From: a virus
Taxonomy: Duplodnaviria > Caudoviricetes
Virus record (IMG/VR): IMGVR_UViG_3300049742_000009
Location: 1,927 to 65,926 of that record
DNA: 64,000 bases
Direction: 5' to 3' (one strand)
Part shown: positions 1-7,715 of the stretch, piece after piece
Numbering within the stretch: position 1 is the first letter of the stretch
How the letters are laid out: every line of letters begins with the position of its first letter
Notes under the pieces: model-generated
The model's database searches: none
The model's input: only the letters and a program-made list of their open reading frames with translations
Told to the model about the DNA's origin: nothing
Translations under genes and position numbers: made by a program

Positions 1-131
1 AAACCTATTGGTAGAAGTAGTCCGAGTATGAAACCTAGCCACCACGCGTGCACCCGGGAGTAGTGGTATATAAGCTCCGCCACGCCGAGCCCGACCAGCC
101 ATGCGGCGAACGAGACTACGAGCGCCTTCAC
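1..131 (-). CDS. membrane protein, truncated at window edge
   Basis: GTG at 131 overlaps the stop of the upstream gene; reads MKALVVSFAAWLVGLGVAELIYHYSRVHAWWLGFILGLLLPIG, with two hydrophobic stretches. Confidence 0.6.
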   Translation of the reverse strand, partial: MKALVVSFAAWLVGLGVAELIYHYSRVHAWWLGFILGLLLPIG

Positions 132-316
132 TTGAAGTCCCCCCATGACTGAGTGCGCGGTATATCGACGCGCTTGCCGTTACTGTTGGCGTAGTCCATG
201 GCTTCCTGCCATGTGAAGAACAGCCAACCCCTGTCCAGGCGTAGAGCGTGATCCTCGGGGTACGCCTCCCATATCCCCGTGGGGCGCCGCTTGACCACCC
301 ATCGCCGCTCAGCCAT
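128..316 (-). CDS. hypothetical protein (MAERRWVVKRR...)
   Basis: Start moved to ATG 316, giving an 8 bp ATGGCTGA overlap with the upstream stop. Confidence 0.65.
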   Translation of the reverse strand: MAERRWVVKRRPTGIWEAYPEDHALRLDRGWLFFTWQEAMDYANSNGKRVDIPRTQSWGDFK

Positions 317-599
317 GGTGGTCCGGGTGGTGCGGCTCGTCGGCCCCGTGGCTGTGTCCTGCGCCGTGGTCATGCCCCTTGTGATTCAGCATGTCCTCTA
401 TCTCCTGACGGCTGGTGTCCTTGCCGATGGCCACGAATCCCTTGAGGCCGCAGAAGTCCTTGAGTGCCCCCGTTAGATCCGCAACCTTCTGCGGGTCTAT
501 GAAGGTCTCAACCCCTATGCTGTGCAGGTCCACTGCTACGAGCATGTCCCCCGGCCGTACGATGACGACGCGCGGGTCTGCCTTACGACGCTTGAACAT
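309..599 (-). CDS. hypothetical protein with His-rich C-terminal tail
   Basis: 96 aa ORF in the tightly packed operon; ends HKGHDHGAGHSHGADEPHHPDHHG. Confidence 0.65.
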   Translation of the reverse strand: MFKRRKADPRVVIVRPGDMLVAVDLHSIGVETFIDPQKVADLTGALKDFCGLKGFVAIGKDTSRQEIEDMLNHKGHDHGAGHSHGADEPHHPDHHG

Positions 600-897
600 C
601 GGTACCTGCCTCGTACTCGGCGGCCCACGCTGCCAGGTCGAACGGAGCTTCCGGTGTGTACTCGCCGACGTTGGCGATGCCCTCGATGATCATCCCTAGG
701 GCGCCCTTGATGCCGACGAACAGCGGTTGATCCCATGCGAGTTGAGGACCATGCTCGTCCACGACGGCGGAGGCGTACAGCGGGAGCGGCCACGTCACGC
801 GGTAGGCGTTGCCCGCTGTGTCCTGCGGGGCGCCCAGCACTGTCCAGCCGCCGCCGGGCTTGCGAGCCAGCATCCATTCATCTGCCTTGTAGCTCAC
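583..897 (-). CDS. hypothetical protein
   Basis: 104 aa; overlaps both neighbours in the operon. Confidence 0.65.
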   Translation of the reverse strand: MSYKADEWMLARKPGGGWTVLGAPQDTAGNAYRVTWPLPLYASAVVDEHGPQLAWDQPLFVGIKGALGMIIEGIANVGEYTPEAPFDLAAWAAEYEAGTDVQAS

Positions 898-1889
898 AGG
901 CCCTTTTCCTTCCGGTAGTCCTTAACCGCGTTGCTGCATACGAACTTTGATGCGTTGTGCCTGTAGAGCTTCACCGTCTCCCGGCAGAAGTCACAGTACG
1001 CGGTAAGTGCCAGTTTGTCCAGACTTGAGAGCGCATGAGTTCGCCGCTCCTCTCTCCTGAGGTACTGGGCGTACTGGGAGTACAAGTCCTTGTCTATGCC
1101 CAGGAGTTGGGCCGACTCGACGTGCGACTTGCCCAGCTTGTGCACTCCATACAGCTTGTAGATGTCCACCACGTTCCGAGGATTGTCGGCACGGGCCTGA
1201 CACGCGGCGCAGAGCGGCTGTCCCTCGCGCAGATGGATCAGGGCACCGGTCAGCCTCCCACACAGCCCCGTGGCGTCAGGCAGAGCGTCTGCGCGGTGCA
1301 CGGTGTCAAGGTCCCATGCTCCGATGTCGATCCAGCCCTGCGCTCTGGCCTTCCCCCTGATGACGTTCGGCCCCTTGCCGGGGATAAGGTCGTGAGGGTC
1401 TTGCGTTTCCAGCTTGCATGCCACCTTGACGAGTTCGTCGTACGTGTCAGGGCTTATGGTGTGGTGCGTCTTAGCGCCATCGCAGACGACGTTCTTGAGT
1501 GCTCCCGCCGAGATGTCCAGGCTTTCGCAAATGATCTGTGCGGTAAACCCGCGCACGGCAAGGCCCCGGTAGATACGCTGCGCGCCACGGATGCGTTCAT
1601 CCGGCGTCATGATACCGAGCGGCAGTTCATACGCCATGATGCGATCGTAGTATGTCCTATGTACCCACTTGCCCTCACCCTTGTGTTCCTTGGTGAACCA
1701 GTTCTGTATGGTGCTAATGGGTATGCCGGTGTCTTTGGCGATGCGGACGAGGGAAACGTGGCGCCTAAGCTCCTCAATGCGCTTGATTACGGGGCCCCTT
1801 GGAGCCATGACACCAAGCCCCTGCCTGCGAAGCTTGGCACCGTCGCTCTTACGCTTCCTAGTTTCAAAGGAAGTCTTGAATTCCGTCAC
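894..1889 (-). CDS. helix-turn-helix DNA-binding protein with Cys/His zinc motif
   Basis: HTH-like segments SLVRIAKDTGIPISTIQNW and AQIICESLDISAGALKN; motif GLCGRLTGALIHLREGQPLCAAC. Confidence 0.7.
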   Translation of the reverse strand: MTEFKTSFETRKRKSDGAKLRRQGLGVMAPRGPVIKRIEELRRHVSLVRIAKDTGIPISTIQNWFTKEHKGEGKWVHRTYYDRIMAYELPLGIMTPDERIRGAQRIYRGLAVRGFTAQIICESLDISAGALKNVVCDGAKTHHTISPDTYDELVKVACKLETQDPHDLIPGKGPNVIRGKARAQGWIDIGAWDLDTVHRADALPDATGLCGRLTGALIHLREGQPLCAACQARADNPRNVVDIYKLYGVHKLGKSHVESAQLLGIDKDLYSQYAQYLRREERRTHALSSLDKLALTAYCDFCRETVKLYRHNASKFVCSNAVKDYRKEKGL

Positions 1890-2047
1890 GTCTCCTCCGG
1901 CATCTCATCAGGCTTAAGTCCTGTGCCACTACATGCGCGTTGGTACCATTTGCCGTACTCAGTGTACCAGACGGTGTGCTTCGCTATGGTGCCATCTTCC
2001 GCTATGGCCACTAGTCGTTGACACGGCGCGCAGAGCCCTTCATCCAT
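1886..2047 (-). CDS. small zinc-finger protein (53 aa, not in ORF track)
   Basis: Manual translation MDEGLCAPCQRLVAIAEDGTIAKHTVWYTEYGKWYQRACSGTGLKPDEMPEET; stop overlaps GTG of the next gene. Confidence 0.6.
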   Translation of the reverse strand: MDEGLCAPCQRLVAIAEDGTIAKHTVWYTEYGKWYQRACSGTGLKPDEMPEET

Positions 2048-2160
2048 CGTCGCCTCTTCTCTTCATGGCGCTTGAACACAGCCGCACAGTAGACACAGAT
2101 CCAACGCCTGCGCCACGGCCAGAGCATCATGGGCACGCAGTTGTGGTCGCAGTCACTCAC
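2011..2160 (-). CDS. small Cys/His protein (49 aa, not in ORF track)
   Basis: MSDCDHNCVPMMLWPWRRRWICVYCAAVFKRHEEKRRRWMKGSARRVND; GTGA overlap with upstream stop. Confidence 0.5.
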   Translation of the reverse strand: MSDCDHNCVPMMLWPWRRRWICVYCAAVFKRHEEKRRRWMKGSARRVND

Positions 2161-2303
2161 CTAAGAGTCCCCCGCGTGTAGTTCTGGATTGTGTACCTAC
2201 TGACTCCGAACTCTTTAGCGAGATCAGTAGCCCGCTCACCGGCCTCGCGTCGCCGCCTGATCTCTTGTATCTGAGCCGTGCTCAGCTTCCTACCGAACGG
2301 CAT
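2157..2303 (-). CDS. small HTH DNA-binding protein (48 aa, not in ORF track)
   Basis: MPFGRKLSTAQIQEIRRRREAGERATDLAKEFGVSRYTIQNYTRGTLR; classic KL..Q..EIR / LAKEFGVSR.TI HTH pattern. Confidence 0.75.
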   Translation of the reverse strand: MPFGRKLSTAQIQEIRRRREAGERATDLAKEFGVSRYTIQNYTRGTLR

Positions 2304-2332
2304 GTGTCCATCGTTGTTTCGCCAGGGTGAAG

Positions 2333-2530
2333 TCACGGCCGCTGCCTCCCGTACTTGTCTTTGCAGTCAACGCACATCATGCGCGGCGGGTGACCAGCAG
2401 CTTCCGTCCACTGGCCGGGCCACGGGCTCTTCTTACACAGGGACTTGACCGAGCCGTCCAGGAACTCCCCGTACTTGATGATGTGGTCGAGCTTGTCTTC
2501 TGCGATGCGAACTCGCTTGTAATTGCTCAC
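2333..2530 (-). CDS. hypothetical protein (His/Cys motif)
   Basis: 65 aa ORF; H...LC...CVDC; GTGA overlap. Confidence 0.6.
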   Translation of the reverse strand: MSNYKRVRIAEDKLDHIIKYGEFLDGSVKSLCKKSPWPGQWTEAAGHPPRMMCVDCKDKYGRQRP

Positions 2531-2694
2531 GAGTTGGAGACCTCTCCGGTCAGGAAGGCCGCGACCATGAGCAGGTCGTCGGCATCGTACTCGGACACCC
2601 CCGAGTCTTTCAGTAGACTGATAGCTGCCTTGTAGGCGTCAACTCGTTCTGCCAGGAACTCACTTGCGGAGCAGTTAGAACAGTTAGCGCTCAT
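2527..2694 (-). CDS. hypothetical protein (55 aa, not in ORF track)
   Basis: MSANCSNCSASEFLAERVDAYKAAISLLKDSGVSEYDADDLLMVAAFLTGEVSNS; ATGA overlap. Confidence 0.6.
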   Translation of the reverse strand: MSANCSNCSASEFLAERVDAYKAAISLLKDSGVSEYDADDLLMVAAFLTGEVSNS

Positions 2695-2786
2695 CGCTTA
2701 AACAACGCCTTCCATATGAGAAGGACCGCAATGCAGTACATTGCGGCCGCTAGATAGATTCCGATCATGATCCCAACGATCTTCAC
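2691..2786 (-). CDS. single-pass membrane microprotein (31 aa)
   Basis: MKIVGIMIGIYLAAAMYCIAVLLIWKALFKR; 4 bp overlaps at both ends. Confidence 0.55.
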   Translation of the reverse strand: MKIVGIMIGIYLAAAMYCIAVLLIWKALFKR

Positions 2787-3190
2787 GACTTGGCACGCTT
2801 TTCTATCGTGTCTATGATCAAGCGCAGGGTGTCGTATACGTCAAGGTCCGCACTGGCGTCTTTCAGTTCCTCTACGAACTTCTCTATCCGCTCTATTGTC
2901 TCGAAACTGACGAACAGTACGTCAGGCTTAGGGCAGACGTGCTCCTCGGGCATGACTACCTCGACCGGCGGCGGCGGGGCCATCGGCCACCTTAGGTTGT
3001 GGTTCTGGTGAAGGGTACCGCCATGTCCGGTAGGTTTCAGACACGTGCGATAGTTCGGCGAGTGTGAGTTGTAGCCGTTGCCCACGCCGCATGCTTTCTT
3101 GTTCTTGAAAGCACAGTCCATGTGACGACACGTAGTGCCTAGGTCTATGAGGCAGACGTAGTTCCGGTCTATCTCGTCGTTGTAGCTCAT
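2783..3190 (-). CDS. hypothetical Cys/His-rich protein
   Basis: Start moved to ATG 3190 (MSYNDEIDRNYVCL...), ATGA overlap with upstream gene. Confidence 0.6.
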   Translation of the reverse strand: MSYNDEIDRNYVCLIDLGTTCRHMDCAFKNKKACGVGNGYNSHSPNYRTCLKPTGHGGTLHQNHNLRWPMAPPPPVEVVMPEEHVCPKPDVLFVSFETIERIEKFVEELKDASADLDVYDTLRLIIDTIEKRAKS

Positions 3191-3423
3191 TCTTCTTTCC
3201 CCATTAGACAAAGGGGGCCGTGCAGCACACACACCCCGTCGTTCTTGTGCGATGACTCAGGACACGGGCACACGATGCACCGATAGATAGCGCTCAACCC
3301 TGGTGCTATGACGCCACCCTCACCAACGGTGTGCCCGATGGTCCATAGTCCTGTCTTCTCATTGAAAGAGAAGGTTTCATCTACGATGACGTGCTCAGCA
3401 CGGGCGCCCTTGTGCTCACTCAT
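3187..3423 (-). CDS. hypothetical protein with zinc motif
   Basis: 78 aa; CIVCPCPESSH...CVLH. Confidence 0.6.
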   Translation of the reverse strand: MSEHKGARAEHVIVDETFSFNEKTGLWTIGHTVGEGGVIAPGLSAIYRCIVCPCPESSHKNDGVCVLHGPLCLMGKEE

Positions 3424-3598
3424 AAGTCATGGCTATCTGCGTCAAGTTGCGGTAGTCCTCCGCCTGTTGCAAGTACCGCTTCCGCAGCGCCCAGGCCCTT
3501 CGCTGCTGTACCCCCGGAATGTCCAGGTTCAGCGCCTCGGCCTGTCGCTCCAACTCGGCGGCGCGGGACTTGAGTTCAGCTATGGTGAGTGAGTTCAC
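3416..3598 (-). CDS. hypothetical helical protein
   Basis: Start moved to GTG 3598 (MNSLTIAELKSRAAELERQ...). Confidence 0.55.
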   Translation of the reverse strand: MNSLTIAELKSRAAELERQAEALNLDIPGVQQRRAWALRKRYLQQAEDYRNLTQIAMTYE

Positions 3599-3903
3599 GG
3601 TGCCTTGTCTTTCTTCGGATCGATCCGCCCGCCGGGGCAACGCTCGTAGTAGTAGTCGTGGCGCCCCTCGGCCGGTAGGCATCGGGTGTGGCTCTCGACT
3701 ACCCATCCCCGTACGGGACTATGGAAGCCGTAGCCAACTTCCCCACAGGCTGGGCAGTAGTATCGCGACGCCTTCCGTGCCTCACGCTGTAGGCGTGCCT
3801 CGCGTGCGCGGTCGTTCAACTCCTCGACGCTGCACCACCGTTCTTGTTCCTCCCCCCATAGTTGAGGTGAGTCCCAAGGGTCGCGCCATTCGTAATCAGA
3901 CAT
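3595..3903 (-). CDS. zinc-ribbon protein
   Basis: 102 aa; YYCPACG...SH...CPGG. Confidence 0.6.
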   Translation of the reverse strand: MSDYEWRDPWDSPQLWGEEQERWCSVEELNDRAREARLQREARKASRYYCPACGEVGYGFHSPVRGWVVESHTRCLPAEGRHDYYYERCPGGRIDPKKDKAP

Positions 3904-4111
3904 GAGTCAGGATCAGCCACGTCATCGCGAAGATGAATCCGAGGATCAAAGCGATGGCCACAACGCCCACACAGCTACGCATGGCGGAAGCATCTTCCCT
4001 GCGCCGCCCGAAGTCCGCAGGTGCACGCAGGCCCGTAGCCGACCTCTTCCGCCCAAAGCCCTGGTTCATGTCGTTCAAGATCCTCTCGAATTCGTCCAAG
4101 GGTCCACTCAT
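3896..4111 (-). CDS. membrane protein
   Basis: MSGPLDEFERIL...CVGVVAIALILGFIFAMTWLILTHV; C-terminal TM helix. Confidence 0.6.
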   Translation of the reverse strand: MSGPLDEFERILNDMNQGFGRKRSATGLRAPADFGRRREDASAMRSCVGVVAIALILGFIFAMTWLILTHV

Positions 4112-4116
4112 CGATC

Positions 4117-4362
4117 TCATTCGCTTTCTGCGTACGGGACTTGCCCATTCTCGCCACCCTTGACGATATGCCAGGCGAACCAGGCTGCGAAGCTCATCCA
4201 TCCCACTGTGAACACAGCGGCCCCTACGGGGTGGTGAGTCCGGAACCAACGTCGGGTAGTGCGCGACGCGGTACGGTCGAATTCCTTGCGCCATATGGCG
4301 TATGCTTCGTAAGTCAGCCCGGCTGCAAAGAGTGCCGCCCACGCCGCGTCTTCACCTGACAT
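4117..4362 (-). CDS. membrane protein
   Basis: 81 aa; AW..L..AG..YE...T.SR.TR.WFRTHHPVG..VF..GW pattern, two TM segments. Confidence 0.7.
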   Translation of the reverse strand: MSGEDAAWAALFAAGLTYEAYAIWRKEFDRTASRTTRRWFRTHHPVGAAVFTVGWMSFAAWFAWHIVKGGENGQVPYAESE

Positions 4363-4367
4363 AGGTT

Positions 4368-4568
4368 CTACTCCATGCTAGAGAGGTGAAGACAGAGCGC
4401 GTCCTTTATGGCCCGAGCTGCATCCGCTATGGAGATTTCTCCGCTACGGATCTGCTGAGCCACTTCGTAGCTGACCTCCAGTGACATTGCTCCACTGCCA
4501 ACGGGAAGGAAGACGTGTAGCGGTCGGTCGCCCAGTCGTTCAGTCTCGTACTCGCGAACTGCGTTAAT
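4368..4568 (-). CDS. hypothetical protein, possible ATT start or damaged start
   Basis: 66-codon open frame INAVREYETERLGDRPLHVF...HLSSME fills the gap; AGGAG lies 6 nt before ATT; alternative ATG would give 39 aa. Confidence 0.45.
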   Translation of the reverse strand: MNAVREYETERLGDRPLHVFLPVGSGAMSLEVSYEVAQQIRSGEISIADAARAIKDALCLHLSSME

Positions 4569-4923
4569 TTTTGACTCCTAGATAGCTGTTGATTGTCTCG
4601 GCGTGACGTTCGTACCAGCCGAGTTTCAGATTGCATCCGTGACACAGAATTCCGCGCTCACACTTGCCACATCTATCTTTCCAATTGGTAGTCATTGAAC
4701 AGCAGTTGTGGTCGTGATCGAAGCGCGATTGCTTTACGGTAAGCGGCTTCTTGCAGATTGCGCAAGCGTGGTCCTGTGAGTCCAGCACGGCGACACGCGC
4801 CCGGTCTTGGCGTTCTATCTCCCGAAGGTACTTGGCTCTCTTCTGACACTTCGGGTCACAGAATCGCTTGAGACCATTTTTGTCACCGGGGAAATCAGAT
4901 CCGCAGTTTTCGCAAACCATCAC
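4564..4923 (-). CDS. endonuclease VII family (His-Me finger) nuclease, likely homing-type
   Basis: CAICK...FDHDHNCC...CGKCERGILCHGCNLKLG; N-terminal CxxC...RFCDPKC finger. Confidence 0.85.
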   Translation of the reverse strand: MMVCENCGSDFPGDKNGLKRFCDPKCQKRAKYLREIERQDRARVAVLDSQDHACAICKKPLTVKQSRFDHDHNCCSMTTNWKDRCGKCERGILCHGCNLKLGWYERHAETINSYLGVKN

Positions 4924-5117
4924 CCGAGGGTGGACCCGCCAGCATCCACAGACTCAACCTTGGCGTTGGGGTATTCCTTCGCGAAGGCGTTCAGTGCTGC
5001 CGCGTTGGCTTCCCCGCGTGTCTTCTGGCCGGAGGTGACACACTGCCAGAGCTTGCCCCCGTCGTAACGTACGTCTGTCTGCCAGATGTTCATCTTGACT
5101 CTTCCTATGACTCTCAT
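4920..5117 (-). CDS. hypothetical protein
   Basis: 65 aa; ATGA overlaps at both ends. Confidence 0.55.
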   Translation of the reverse strand: MRVIGRVKMNIWQTDVRYDGGKLWQCVTSGQKTRGEANAAALNAFAKEYPNAKVESVDAGGSTLG

Positions 5118-5989
5118 GCCTTGTTTCCTTGGAGCCGATACGCTGATCGGATCGTATCCCGAGTTTCTATCTCTGTCAACCCTGCCGTACGCGCCGCTTC
5201 GCCGAGAACTTCCATTGCCTCTTCCTGCGTGGCACCGTCAGAACACATCGAACGGGCAGCCCAGAGGAGGCAGTTGTTGCGGTTGCCCTCCTGGGCGTAG
5301 GCGACTGATTCTGCGAGTCCGCCATAGTTTACGGAGCCTCCCTTCTCGTATGGAGAGGCAGCCGGTTGCGATGGTCGCGCCCTTTCCTTGCACAGTTCCA
5401 CCAGCCAGTCAGGGGCGTCCAGTACGTCAACTCCCTTGGAGCGTCGCACATATGGCCCCTTGGTGGTTTCGCTTCCCTCGCCGAGCACATAACCGCCTCG
5501 TTCGCCGCCGTTGCAGCGGATGTCCAATACGCCTTTGACGATTGAAGCTTGAGACGCTTGAAGCCAGCTCGGCCACCGGAAGTAGTAGTGAAGTCCACCG
5601 GAGCCAGTGGAAACGCAATATGTGCTCTCCACCTCTGCCCAGTCTCCCCCGTATCGGTGACACACTTCATTGAATACGGACTCGCCGTCAACCAACGGAC
5701 CGAACGCCTCGTGCATGTAGGCGAGTTTGGTTTTGGATAGGGCGTACTGCGTCTTAGGTATGTCGCAATCCACAACCAGCAGTCCAGAGGGCTTACATGC
5801 AACTCCGACGTTGGCTTCCGGCCACTGATTCCACAGACGCAACACCACGTTGAGATCGTTCGTTGCAACGTCGCTCCACTTGATCGTATACGGCGGTGTG
5901 GTGGTGTGCGGTGTCTTGCCGAAGTCCTCGACGGGGAAGATGTGGAAGCCCTTTTGAACTGCCTTCACCGCGTCAGGTAGTAGCTTCAC
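5114..5989 (-). CDS. bifunctional DNA primase/polymerase (Prim-Pol)
   Basis: GFHIFPV...GKTP, W..WPEANVGVAC..SGLLVVDCD, TGSGGLHYYF, LDIR..GGYV; C-terminal EGNRNNCL helical domain. Confidence 0.9.
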   Translation of the reverse strand: MKLLPDAVKAVQKGFHIFPVEDFGKTPHTTTPPYTIKWSDVATNDLNVVLRLWNQWPEANVGVACKPSGLLVVDCDIPKTQYALSKTKLAYMHEAFGPLVDGESVFNEVCHRYGGDWAEVESTYCVSTGSGGLHYYFRWPSWLQASQASIVKGVLDIRCNGGERGGYVLGEGSETTKGPYVRRSKGVDVLDAPDWLVELCKERARPSQPAASPYEKGGSVNYGGLAESVAYAQEGNRNNCLLWAARSMCSDGATQEEAMEVLGEAARTAGLTEIETRDTIRSAYRLQGNKA

Positions 5990-6158
5990 GGGGCCTCCAC
6001 TTTACGTACCAGATGCGATGTGAACTGCGTTCATCGCAATGCCACTTGGAGTGGCCCGCGTGCCAGTACGGCCAGGTGCAGCGGACGGGGCGCCAGCCTT
6101 TCCAGCGCCACGACAGGCAGCGGGTTGACTTGCGGTACTTGTTCAGCCAGTACAACAT
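5973..6158 (-). CDS. Trp-rich small protein
   Basis: 61 aa with 9 Trp; ATG overlaps the upstream stop (TGATG). Confidence 0.5.
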   Translation of the reverse strand: MLYWLNKYRKSTRCLSWRWKGWRPVRCTWPYWHAGHSKWHCDERSSHRIWYVKWRPREATT

Positions 6159-6331
6159 CAGTAGTGGTCCTCGTCACCGCGCCTCCATCTCACGTGCAGT
6201 CGCCCGATGTCCAGGGCGAACGCCTTACCCATCTCCGCCTCATTGGTGGTGATGTAAAGATTCACCCCCGGCCAGAACTCGACGCCTCGACTCTGCGTGA
6301 AGTTCCACGTATAGACCAGCCTGTTTCTCAC
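6158..6331 (-). CDS. hypothetical protein (57 aa, not in ORF track)
   Basis: MRNRLVYTWNFTQSRGVEFWPGVNLYITTNEAEMGKAFALDIGRLHVRWRRGDEDHY; overlaps at both ends. Confidence 0.6.
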   Translation of the reverse strand: MRNRLVYTWNFTQSRGVEFWPGVNLYITTNEAEMGKAFALDIGRLHVRWRRGDEDHY

Positions 6332-6462
6332 CGGCGAGTCCTAAAGAAGTGGGGCAGCGACAGGAACGCTGCGATGAGTACGGAGATCATCCATGAGTTC
6401 CACGGCTCTACCTGCGGAGTGCCGTAGCAGAGCCAGACGATAAGCCAGATTACGAGTGCCAC
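6328..6462 (-). CDS. two-TM membrane microprotein (44 aa)
   Basis: MALVIWLIVWLCYGTPQVEPWNSWMISVLIAAFLSLPHFFRTRR; TAGTG and GTGA junctions. Confidence 0.6.
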   Translation of the reverse strand: MALVIWLIVWLCYGTPQVEPWNSWMISVLIAAFLSLPHFFRTRR

Positions 6463-6659
6463 TAGGACTCAACCCTCCACGTAAGATTGCCGATATCTTC
6501 CACCCGAGCCTGTATGCCGTACTTGCCCTCAAGGGCGAGTCCGTCCCTAGCCGTGTATACGATTAGTCCGTGTTCTTCGCTGCTGTCTATCTCGGTTAGC
6601 AGGTCGGCGAGCCGCTGTGCGTAGCCCATAGCTAGCTCGCGTTCTTCCTGGGGTGTCAC
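6462..6659 (-). CDS. hypothetical protein
   Basis: 65 aa ORF in the operon. Confidence 0.6.
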   Translation of the reverse strand: MTPQEERELAMGYAQRLADLLTEIDSSEEHGLIVYTARDGLALEGKYGIQARVEDIGNLTWRVES

Positions 6660-6662
6660 TCG

Positions 6663-7715
6663 TCAATGCCCCTTCACGTAAACCAAGTTGGACTTCTTGA
6701 GTCGGAGTGGAACTAGAATCAGCTCAGTCACTATGGCCTTGAAGTCGTAGTAGGCGTTGAACGCCTTAAGGATATAGAAGGATGGCCAGCAGCGAAGCAC
6801 TCGCCACACACTTAGCTTACGTTTACGGATCGCATAAGCCAAGCTAGGGCCGAAGAGAAGTACCTCACTAGAAGCCATCCATGCGGCCACTACTAGCGGG
6901 GAGCCACCGTCCGCCATCCACCACACGGGCAGTGCCACCATGAGCGGTGAAAGTAGTATCTCTACAAGGGAGATGGCCACCCATAGCGCGAGCATGGGCT
7001 TACGTCGGACCATGTTCCAGCCATGCTGTCGGACGTTCTGGAAGTAGCCGGTCTTCCAGCGGTTGAGCTGGGCGCACATGAAGTGGCGTGAGGTCGGCTC
7101 GGCGGCGTAAGCCACCGCGTCGGCGACGTACGCCGCGCCGTGTCCGGCTATCTGCTGAGACCAGGTGTAGTCGATGTCCTCGACCAGTGTACGGTCGGGG
7201 AACCCCCCGAACTCGCGCAGCGCGTCGAGCCGGAAGGCAGAGCAGCAGCCAGAGCATACCAGCGGCGCCCCGTAGTGGTCCTGGACGGGCCGGAACCAGT
7301 GGAAGCCAGAAAGGTACTCCATCTGCCGCGCCCGCTCCCACAGCGTGTCCTGAAACCGCGTGAGCACGCAACCGGCCGCGATGACCGTGCGGGGATCTGA
7401 GAACGGCCCCTTGATCAACTCCACGTAGTCAGGCGCCAGAACGGTGTCTGCATCGACCGGAAGTACCAGGTCCGTTGAGCAGTGGTCTAGCGCGAAGTTC
7501 TGCGCCTTGGCTTTGCTGCCCAGGTTGACCCCGGGACTGAGTACGGTCACACGCTCAAAGCCTCGGGCCACGTTCGCCGTGCCGTCTGTGGAGCCGTCGT
7601 CAACGACGATGATGGCTTCGGGTGGGGTGCTCTGCGTGACCAGGGCAGCTAGCGTTTCGCCTATCCCCTCAACTTCGTTGTAAGCGGGGATGATTACCGT
7701 AAGACTAGCTGTCAC
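6663..7715 (-). CDS. processive membrane glycosyltransferase family 2 (IcaA/PgaC/cellulose-synthase-like)
   Basis: IPAYNE, VVDDGSTD, VDAD, QMEY, LVEDID and QLNRW (QxxRW), followed by about three TM helices. Confidence 0.9.
   Translation of the reverse strand: MTASLTVIIPAYNEVEGIGETLAALVTQSTPPEAIIVVDDGSTDGTANVARGFERVTVLSPGVNLGSKAKAQNFALDHCSTDLVLPVDADTVLAPDYVELIKGPFSDPRTVIAAGCVLTRFQDTLWERARQMEYLSGFHWFRPVQDHYGAPLVCSGCCSAFRLDALREFGGFPDRTLVEDIDYTWSQQIAGHGAAYVADAVAYAAEPTSRHFMCAQLNRWKTGYFQNVRQHGWNMVRRKPMLALWVAISLVEILLSPLMVALPVWWMADGGSPLVVAAWMASSEVLLFGPSLAYAIRKRKLSVWRVLRCWPSFYILKAFNAYYDFKAIVTELILVPLRLKKSNLVYVKGH

Noticed and set aside
1035-2021. 328 aa plus-strand ORF
   Set aside because: Antisense shadow of the HTH gene; no motifs, typical of high-GC DNA.
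4368-5117. Group I intron carrying the endo VII gene
   Set aside because: The nuclease overlaps both neighbours, leaving no room for an intron core.
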